Position numbers and translations under genes: made by a program. A stretch of DNA of 64,000 bases from Eledone cirrhosa (lineage: Eukaryota). Where the stretch lies: positions 334,862,001 to 334,926,000 of the forward strand of contig OZ024741.1 in NCBI GenBank assembly GCA_964016885.1, read 5' to 3'. How positions within the stretch are numbered: position 1 is the first letter of the stretch; every line of letters starts with the position of its first letter. Below are positions 54,131-64,000 of the stretch, in pieces. The notes under the pieces were generated by a model. The model was given only the letters and a program-made list of their open reading frames with translations. It had not been told where the DNA came from and made no database searches.

Positions 54131-54775
54131 TAAAATTAGAAATAAGAGGGATCAGATGTTGTTTACTCGAGAGAAGGCTACGTTGGTATGGTCACGTGAT
54201 GCGCATGAAAGACGACAGCTGTATAACAAAGTGCAGGGCAATAAAGATAGACGGTAGCTACGGAGTAGGCAGACCCAGAAAAACCTGGGACGAGCTGATA
54301 AATTCTGACCTCACACACTTACACCTCTGCAAGACAATGTCACTGGACCAAGACCTTTGGCGGTACTCAGTAATAGAGAAGACCCGCCTTACTTAAATAC
54401 AAAGTAAAACCTACTACAGCCAGTAGGCATCTCTAACAAAATACACCCCCGTCTCACCAACCCCCACCCCATCCACACCGCCCCTTCAATGTAAAGTTAT
54501 GTTGGTGCCACAACATCCAGGCCGAAACAAATGAGGTCGTGTAGACACAGTCCACGCTGTAATGTGGCCGTGTAGGCAACACGGTAAAAACCTCCCAGCC
54601 CACACTGTAAATGTGGTTGGTGTTAGGAAGGGCATCCAACTGTAGAAAACCCGCCAGACAGTCCTATGCGAGCAAGACAATCACTCTTGCCTCAAGTGGG
54701 AAACTTCCCGTCCAAACCCATGCTAGCGTGGAACACGGACGTTAAACGTTGATGTTGATGATGATGATGATGATG
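54131..54775 (+). mobile_element. 5'-truncated RTE LINE 3' end with 3' UTR and (GAT)n tail
   Basis: [29 protein letters not shown]...GRPRKTW, followed by the same 3' UTR as 21782-22160 and 3250-3580. Confidence 0.85.
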
Positions 54776-56643
54776 TGTGTATGTATATATATGTATATAT
54801 ATGTGTATATATATATATGTATATATATGTATATATATATGTATATATATATATATGTATATATATATATGTATATATATGTATATATATATATATATGT
54901 GTATATATATGTATATATATATGTTTATGTATATATATATATATACATATATGTACGTATATATATATATATATATATATATGTGTATATATATATATAT
55001 AATATATATATATATATACATACATATATATGTGTGTGTGTGTGTGTGTGTCACTTATCTCCTTCCTATTGTTCCCCTACCCCATAGAGCAGAGAGAACT
55101 CTTCTGTTGGGAGAAGGAGCAACAACCTCTCTAGCGTTAATGTCATGAAATGCACCCAGTAAAAATGTTTAGATGGTTGGCAATAGAAAGGGCACCCTGT
55201 TGTAGAAACCATTCCTAAAAGACATTAAGAGCTACCTTTAGTTGTGTGTTGGCACAACAGCCTTTCTAGTGTTGCTGATCTTCACAAAAAATGCATGCAG
55301 TACATACTATAAACTGGTTGGTGAAAGGAAGGGCATTTAGCCATAGAAAACTTGCCGAAAAAAAGCTTGGGAGCACCTTGTAGTTGTGTCAAAGACCTGG
55401 CACCTTTCCTGTGCATTTCATAAAATGTGTGACCCCTTGAACTTTTAGGGAGGTCATTAGCCCATCTTCAGTACTGACTTGGTCTGTATAGACCCATCCA
55501 AACCTTCCTATCAGGGAAAGCAGACATTAAGCGATGATGATGATATATGTATATATTAATATATATGTATATAATTCTATTTATATCTATATGTGTGGAT
55601 GTATATATATGTATATGCATATGTATATATATGTATGCATATCTGTATATATACAGATATGCATACATATTCATTCATTTCATTTTACGTCCGCTTTTCC
55701 CTGCTTGCAAGGGTGGGACGGGAACTGATTCTGGCTTGATTTCTACAGCTAGATGCCCTTCCTAACACCAACCTTATTTACAGTGAGTGCTGGGTGCTTT
55801 TTGCCGTGGCACCTCCACGACAACTTTGCAGTGGAATGATAGTGACCCCAGTCCCTATCATCTCATTTCTACAGCTGAGTATACTGGAGCAATGTGAAAT
55901 AAAGTGTCTTGCTCAAGGAAACAACACATCACCCGGTCCGAGAATTGAACTCACAACCTTTCGATTGCAAGGCCAATGCGCTAACCACTAAACCATGTGC
56001 CTCTATGACACAGGACCATGAGCTCTGGTATCACGCAGTAATACAGAAGACCCGACTCCCCACGGGTACAAGCCAAAGACAATATTCCCCCCCACTGCAC
56101 AGTGGTCGTGGAGGTGCGATGGCAAAAAAGGCACCCAGCACTCACTGTAAATGAGGTTGGTGTTAGAAAGGGCATCCAGCTGTAGAAATCAAGCCAGAAT
56201 CAGTTCCAGTATGAGCAAGACAAGGTCAGCCGACCAGACACTGCCCACAGCATGACAACCCGTCTAACCCATGCTAGCATGGAAGAACAGACGTAAAACG
56301 GTGATGATGATGATGATATATATGTAGATATATAAATATGCATATATATGTATATATGTGTGTATATATGTGTGCATATAAGTATATGTTTGTATGTGTG
56401 TATATGTAAGTAGATATATATGTATATATACATAGGCGTGTGGCTGAGTGGTTAGAGAATTGGATTCACAATCGCGAGGTTGTGAGTTCGATTCCCAGAC
56501 CAGGTGATGCATTACATCCTTGAGCAAGTTGCTTTATTTCACGTTGTTCCTTCTACCTGGAGTTGCGACATTGGAAAGACCAATGGAAACTTTGTTTCCT
56601 TGGTCTGATTTGACGAAAGTCGATTGTTCCTTATATATATTAT

Positions 56644-56677
<34 letters not shown>

Positions 56678-57525
56678 ACAAATAATTGTTTCTACTTTTG
56701 GCACAAGGCCAGCAAATTACTCAGTACATTACTGGTACTTTATTTTATCGACCCGATAAGGATGAAAGGCAAAGTTAACCTCGGCGGGATTTGAACACAG
56801 ACCGTAAAGGGACGTAACTATGCTGGAAATCATGGCGTCAGACCCTCTACTGATACTGCCAATCCACTGCCAAATAATTGTTTCTACTTTAGGCACAAGG
56901 CCAGCAATTACCCAGTGCGTTACTGGTACTTTATTTTATCGACCCCGTAAGGATGAAAGGCAAAGTCAACCTCGGCGGGATTTGAACTCAGATCGTAAAG
57001 GGACGTAACTATGCTGGAAAGCATGGCATCCGACCCTCTACCGATACTGCCAATCCACCCTGCCAAATAATGAAAAGAAAATGGCAAGCAGAAATGAATA
57101 TAATATAGAAAACAAATAAATAAATAATAAAGTTGCTGTTGAATCACCATAATGGTGTGGTAGCCTCCCCTTCCCACAATAGTGTGGTATACTCCCCTTC
57201 CCACAAAAAAATGAATGAACCTTATGAATGCAAAGATCTCTCCAAGGAATAATTACAATATTTACATATTTACTGTCTGTGTGTATAAATATAAACAAAC
57301 ACATGTATATATATGTGCATGTGTGTATATATATATATATATGCACCTGAGCATTCTACACAATAATTTTCATTATCATAGATTTATATATATGTTAGCA
57401 CATATATGTGTATTAGTATGTATATATATGTGTATGTATATATATATAAATGTATATATGTATATATATATATATGCATATATACATATATATATATATA
57501 TGCGTATATACATATATATATATGC

Positions 57526-57582
<57 letters not shown>

Positions 57583-57644
57583 CATATATATATATATATA
57601 TGTATATACATATATATATATATGTGTATATACATATATATATA

Positions 57645-57707
<63 letters not shown>

Positions 57708-57717
57708 GTGTATATAC

Positions 57718-57813
<96 letters not shown>

Positions 57814-57838
57814 GTATATACACATATATATATATATG

Positions 57839-57883
<45 letters not shown>

Positions 57884-57963
57884 GCATATATATATATGTA
57901 TATACGCATATATATATGTATATATGCATATATATATATATACATATATACATTTTATATACA

Positions 57964-58007
<44 letters not shown>

Positions 58008-58720
58008 TATAATGCTTCAGGATGACTTAAGTCGTGATGTTAAAGTTAAAACAAACCAAAGGCCCATCATGATTGTATATAGACAGATATTTCTATTCAG
58101 CTTCAGCTTATTCTTGCAGACTTAAAACAATGTTATTAAATGCATCGAGGAACACAGAATATCAAGTGACTCTGTAGTGCAGAGATGTCCATGTAAGCTT
58201 CAGGGGCAGGGGGTATTTCTATCTCATTACTTTAAACATCATCCCTGCACCTAATTTTTTTCATTCAATATGCACCAACCTATCTACTTCATCTTGCAGC
58301 ATTTTTTTTTTGTAAATATGTTTGTGTATAGTATGTATGCATATACATATATATGTTTATATATATATATATATATGATACTTAGCTTACAATTGCCTTC
58401 CACTTCAGGCATTTCATAATTCCATGTTTATTATTACAACTCTCTTATTCCATACTTGTTCTATACAAACAAATTGATAACAAAATTAAAGAAAGAATTA
58501 AATAACTAAAAAAAAAAATAATGTAGACGATACATTCCTCGAAACCAACTTTTGACCCTTTATTTGTTTTATATGACAAATTAACTTTGCTTCTCTTAGA
58601 GGGTGCATTATTTCTCTTTATCGAAATTGTTTCTTGGTTTACATTATTTTGTAATATAAGATTTACTTCTTCTAAGTGTGGTGTCGTATGTAGTTCATAA
58701 TATTATTTGTCATTTCTCCA

Positions 58721-58782
<62 letters not shown>

Positions 58783-59938
58783 GTGCCAAGAGTTTCTGAA
58801 GAAATAGATCAAGGAAATAAAAAGTCCTCTATGTAATGTACAGAGCCAAACTATGTCATATGAATAAATGTTAACACGAATGCATGCTGCCTAAAGTTTC
58901 ATATGTATGTATAAATATATATATATATAAATGTAAGTGGGATCACAGTCTCTGTTGCAGCATATATATAAACTTTATTGGCATATTACAATCGTTTCAA
59001 TATCAATCAGCTCAGAGTACAATCATAATAACTTTCTCGACATCTCATCGGATATGCAACTTTATATGTGCAAAGACACATTCAAACTCAGTAACAGCAT
59101 TGAGTGCTTGGAACAGCAAAATGCCTATAACTGTAGCAACACTGTATCAACTAGATTACCTGTGTTCACAGCTTCATTTAAATGTAACTATGGGAATAGC
59201 TGGAAAATGTCAAAAGTTAATGACAATCTATTGCCTATTTATATATTTAAACAATCTAAACATACGTATAGAGCTTGGTAAGCTGCGGCAGACTAGAAGA
59301 AGTATCTAGTTTTTCTGACAGTCAAGAAACAAAACAAGCACACAAAAAAGATAGACAGAGATAAGTGAATGTAATTTGGTTTAAACTATATAGACTTAAA
59401 TCATTTCTCGATTTTAGCCAAATTTTCGATAAGATAGTAAAATAATAAATAAATAATTCCCATAGCCAATTAACTTAATTTTGTAGCTGTATATCATTAG
59501 CTGACGATGTAAAAATCTACAAGACCTTCCTTAAAAAATATTTTTTTCAATTTAACTAAATTATTATTGTATAAATGCTCAGATAATCATAATTCACGTA
59601 GATAATTATAATTTACATAGGTAATTATAATTCACATAGATGTTTAGATTAGATTAGATGAATTTTAAAATAAATATTAATGATTTTGGCTGTGCCTGGA
59701 GTTATTTATATACGGACCAAAATGTCTAAATCTACACAGACAAAACATTCACACAACTATGCAAATATACACCCATATATATTATATGTATATTATTATT
59801 ATTTTTATTTTCGTTCATTATTGTTTCTGAGATATATGCCGAGTGTCTTCCTGACACCTAGGGCAAATAAATTCAGTGTGCATTGCTAAGCCAGTTAATA
59901 CAGCACATTGATTATAATTTAAAAAAGAAGAAAAAAAA

Positions 59939-59988
<50 letters not shown>

Positions 59989-59999
59989 TTCTTAGTTAT

Positions 60000-60510
60000 T
60001 AGATTCTTCCATGCCTTTCGGCACATTGAGCAGTAAGTAGTTGCCAATGATCATGATCAGGGCAGCTTTTTTGTGTCCGTGCCAAGTGAAGTTGGCTGCC
60101 ATCAGGTCTTTTTAGAATATTCACTGCCAGGTGATCCTGGGGCAACTCCACTTCTGTTTGCCATCAGGTTGGGTCCAGTTCATCAGTGATTGGGCAGGTA
60201 CAGAATATGGTGAGCCAGGTGGCACCACCACTCCGTGACCACCCACTGCACTATCCACAACTCAGCTCTCCACAGGATTTCCTTGTTTCGCACTCATTCA
60301 CACCAGGACACTCTAAAGATCCTTCACAGGCACAGTTGGTGGAATGCGTTCAGCTGTCTCTCTATCTTTGCCGTGCTCTGCCAGGTTTTGCTCATGTTAA
60401 GCACTGTCAGTAGCATGATGCTCTTGTACCTTGGTCTTTTTGGTGTTGATTCTCAGACCAATCTTTTCCATACACTCTTGCAGGGATGCTGTTAGAGCCT
60501 GCAGATCTGC
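60000..60510 (-). mobile_element. RTE-like LINE 3' fragment
   Basis: GC-richer island. The minus strand has remnants such as WTQPDGKQKWSCPRITW (GRP..TW-like) and ends at a (TAA)n/(TA)n tract. Confidence 0.6.
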
Positions 60511-60518
60511 ATGACATC

Positions 60519-60556
<38 letters not shown>

Positions 60557-60560
<4 letters not shown>

Positions 60561-60753
60561 GAAAAAGTTTAACCCCGATGGCAGAGCTCAAGCCATTTCA
60601 ATGGCTATTTCTGGACTCCAGAAATAGCCGTTGAAACGGCTTGAGCTCTGCTATCGGGGTTAAACTTTTTCCTATTACCCACTCTAATACCCTAAGTATT
60701 GAGTACTCCGGTGCATTATGGTCCATCTGGTTCCTTACCACACCTCCTTCGTT
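60557..60753 (+). mobile_element. Fold-back element, family B (59-bp arms, 1-nt centre, ~78-bp tail) in (TA)n
   Basis: Arms 60557-60615 and 60617-60675. The tail is homologous to 15751-15837. Confidence 0.88.
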
Positions 60754-61019
60754 ATATATATATGTGTGTGTGTGTGTGTATTTATACAATTACTTTACAG
60801 TGTGGACTGGGCATTCACTTTTGTCATGAAACCTACATGATACTATAGGTTGGGCTGGGCTCTTTTGTCGTCGTTCCAGAGGGGATCGCTTTATAGAGGA
60901 GGTTCGGAAGTTGGGAGAGGTGGGGAAGATGCTTTAGGAAATTGGGTGACATAGATATAAGGAACTTTATGGGAGGCGAGATGGTAGGGAATGGTGTTGT
61001 CTACTAAGTATATGCTTCA

Positions 61020-61350
61020 GCCTAAAATAACAGAGAGCGGGTCTTCTGTAATACTTCATAGTGCCAGGGGTCACAGTCCTGTGTCATCGTCTTAATGAGT
61101 TGTAATTGAGCAAAGTCAGCTCTTATTACCTCATGCCAAATCTTCCTAGGCCTGCCTACTCTATGACTACCATCAACTTTAAGCGCTCTGCATCTTTTTC
61201 TATAACTGTCATCCTTCATAAGCATCACATGTCCATACCAACGCAATCTCCTCTTTCACACAACATCTGATCCCTCTTATGCCTAATTTCTCGCATAGTT
61301 CATATATGCTTTGCTGTTTGCATATATTGCTATTGCACATCCTTCGAAGA
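61020..61350 (-). mobile_element. RTE LINE 3' fragment
   Basis: RWYGHVMLMKDDS...GRPRKIW. Same family as 54131-54394 and 16250-16460. Confidence 0.8.
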
Positions 61351-61414
61351 TATAGATATACATAAATCATGTTTACTTATTGGTGTTTTGTTCTTTTCTT
61401 TATTGTTTACCTAG

Positions 61415-61568
61415 TCATGTCTTCAGAAAGAAATGGACATGTCAGATTGTTGGAAAGACAAAGAAATTACAAGTTGTGATGCATCCCATTTTAATAAGAA
61501 GTCTACATTATCACCCATTGATATTAAGAGGCATGGTCAAAAAGAAGGTTTTTATGAAACATTACCAG
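61415..61568 (+). CDS. Probable downstream cytoplasmic-domain exon of the protocadherin
   Basis: Acceptor ttgttcttttctttattgtttacctAG (61414) and donor CAG|GTATGT (61568/9). The 154 nt are open in phase 0, matching the upstream donor: SCLQKEMDMSDCWKDKEITSCDASHFNKKSTLSPIDIKRHGQKEGFYETLP(G). Unique sequence in a repeat background. Confidence 0.65.
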
Positions 61569-61614
61569 GTATGTATGAGAAAATCAGCCCCTTAAGAATT
61601 ATTTTATAATCATA

Positions 61615-61804
61615 CAAGGATTGGCTGAAAAGTTTATAGGTTGACAAAGATACTCTCATAGAATGACCAAATGAGGCTTATTTTTCAATATAGTCACTGG
61701 AAAGAAACAATGCAGTTATTAATAAGAAGACTCAAAATGTAAGATTTCACAGCTCTATTATCACTCCATCATAGTTAGCCTATGAACTTTTCAGCCTAAC
61801 CTTG
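61615..61804. mobile_element. Mariner-like MITE
   Basis: TA-caaggattggctgaaaagtttataggttgac ... gttagcctatgaacttttcagcctaaccttg-TA. Confidence 0.8.
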
Positions 61805-63132
61805 TATTTTATATTTTAATAATTTTGTGTGTTTAAATGATGATTATGGTTAAAATGTAACAGATAAATTAAATTTATCCTATTTATTACTCAGGAAGAC
61901 TAGTGGCTTAGTGGTTAGAGAATTAGATTTGCAATCATGAGGTTGTGAGTTTGATTCCCAGAACAATACGTTACACTGAGTTACAGAACATTGTTCCCAG
62001 AACAATGTGTTACAAGTGAGTAAGACACTTTATTTCATGTTACTCCTTCTGCCTGGAATTGCGACCGATAGATAGTACCGGCAATTAGAAAGACCAATGG
62101 AAACATTGTTTCCTTGGTCCGATTTAATGAGTTTCACCCCTCTCAGTCAGTGTATGAGGTTGGATCTTGTCAGTTTTGATCATATCATTACTTTATTTTT
62201 TATTGAAATAAGGTAATAAATGGGTTAACTGTTTCAATTCATTTTAGAAATAATCAATAACTTGCAATGATTTAGTAAAATAACTTTTTCATTATGCACG
62301 CATGTATCTGTGTGTATATCATGACTTATACAATGTTCATTTTCCTGACATTTGTACATTATTCTATGTACTTTACATGCACCTTTGATTAGTTGTAGTG
62401 CACCTGAGCACTGTACACAATAATTTTCATTATAACAAGATGGTGTTTGGAATATAATGAAATGGAAAGATTTGGGAGGTTTTAATTTAAATATGAATAC
62501 TTATTATTCAGTGTTTTTTGCATAAAAGTTAGTCACAGTCAGGTTGATATTGAAAAGTTAAGATAGGTGGTGGTCAGTATTATTCCAGCTTGTAGCTTAC
62601 ATCTAATTGTACCAAGAGTACTTTAGTAGATAAGAATATTGGAATATGGTGTTGGAAATAAATTTTGTTGGTTTTTCACCTTAGTTCCCCCCAAATAAGC
62701 ATTAGGAAAAAATATTGCAAAATCTTATGTAGTCATGGAATAATTTATAGACAGTGTTAAGAATTACTTTTCTTGAAAGTATATGAAAAATTAAGTGAGG
62801 TAATTTATTTTCCTTGGTAAATACAAAGGAAATATAGACATCTTGTATCTCTCTTTATTGTAGCAGAAATGCTTTGATAGATTTATTTTTTATGTATCGA
62901 GAAAGACAAATTGTCTCCTGTGTGCCTTTATAAATGTACACAACTGAGACAAAATTCAAACCCCATATCTACTGCAATAAATATGTGTGTATGTGTATAT
63001 ATATATATATATGTGTGTGTAAGTGTATATATATGTATATGTGTGTGTATATATATATATGTGTGTGTGTATATATATATGTGTGTGTTTGTATATATAT
63101 ATATATATATATGTATATGTGTATATATGTGT

Positions 63133-63178
<46 letters not shown>

Positions 63179-63229
63179 ATATGTATGTATGTATATATAC
63201 ATGTATATGTATTTATATATGTATGTATA

Positions 63230-63609
63230 TCTATACTAATAAAGCTGACGGCCGTATGTATGTAACAAACTTTTCGCCAAACGGCTGAACCAAATGGCAC
63301 CAAATTTGCACCATAGATGTAACTTTTTCCAAGTAAGAAAGTGAGGTTATTTTTGTCTACTAAATTTTGTTAAAACATTAAAGATATTATTTAAATAATC
63401 ACTTCTTTAAAATTTTCAAATGTCAACACTTCCGGTTATATGACATCCTTTCTCTTTTTAGTCTATCTTTTTAGATAGATACTCAGCTATAATGTAGTGC
63501 TATTATAATATGTCTCTGTATGTCTGGCTGTCTGCATTATGAAAACCGTGTGTGTATATATGTATGTATACATAGTGTGTGTATATATATATATAGTGTA
63601 TATATATAT

Positions 63610-63642
<33 letters not shown>

Positions 63643-64000
63643 GTGTTAGTATAATAAATAAGAGACTGTTTAATTTGTACATTTTTTTACAGCATTCCTT
63701 TATACATATATATACATATATAAACATGTTATTTACAGTTGTATAAAAAAAGAAGTATACTTTTGGCACAAGGTCAGCAATTATTCCAGTACATTACTGG
63801 TACTTTATTATATATAATATATATAATACGACATTCATCTCTCTTTCTTACTCTGTCTTTTTAGATAGATACATAGCTATAACGTTGCGCGCTTATAATA
63901 TGTCTCTGTATGTCTGACTGTCTGCATTGACTTCGTTTCTAACCAACTTTTAATTAATTATATATATATATATAATTATATATTCGTTTACATATTTTCA
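63230..64000 (+). mobile_element. Probable Helitron 5' part
   Basis: A|TCtatactaataaag...cgccaaacggctgaaccaaatggcaccaaattt resembles Helitron 5' ends. Internal ~95-bp duplication (63441-63538 / 63829-63928). No 3' end seen in the window. Confidence 0.5.

Noticed and set aside
56434-56510. tRNA-like sequence with A and B boxes
   Set aside because: It continues into a SINE body found in many copies, so it is a SINE head and not a tRNA gene.
58884-59530. ORFs 58884-59309 and 58937-59281, and an ADDVKIYK motif at ~59500
   Set aside because: No coherent protein or splice structure was seen. Probably decayed CR1-type LINE debris, too weak to annotate.

Overview
AT-rich, microsatellite-dense animal DNA whose gene and repeat content points to a coleoid cephalopod, most likely Octopus (inferred from the protocadherin type and SINE/RTE families, not proven). 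The only clear host gene is a protocadherin on the + strand. It has one large exon (38049-40520; six cadherin repeats plus TM) and a probable phase-compatible cytoplasmic exon at 61415-61568 that the ORF track misses. The rest is a mosaic of tRNA-SINEs, RTE, Tx1 and R4/Dong LINE relics, an internally deleted DD37D (maT) transposon, mariner-like and TTAA (piggyBac-like) MITEs, Helitrons, minisatellites and (TA)n arrays. The most interesting signal is about a dozen short (100-500 bp) non-coding elements, nearly all in or against (TA)n tracts. They belong to several sequence families but share one architecture: an asymmetric fold-back (a long hairpin plus an unpaired tail). Many carry a minimal type I hammerhead ribozyme with a palindromic stem III. 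This looks like a diverse set of Penelope-like/retrozyme-type fold-back retroelements targeted to TA repeats. Several lie in the protocadherin pre-mRNA, where they would form long dsRNA. All structures were read by eye; no folding or database search was run, and coordinates of degenerate repeats are approximate.
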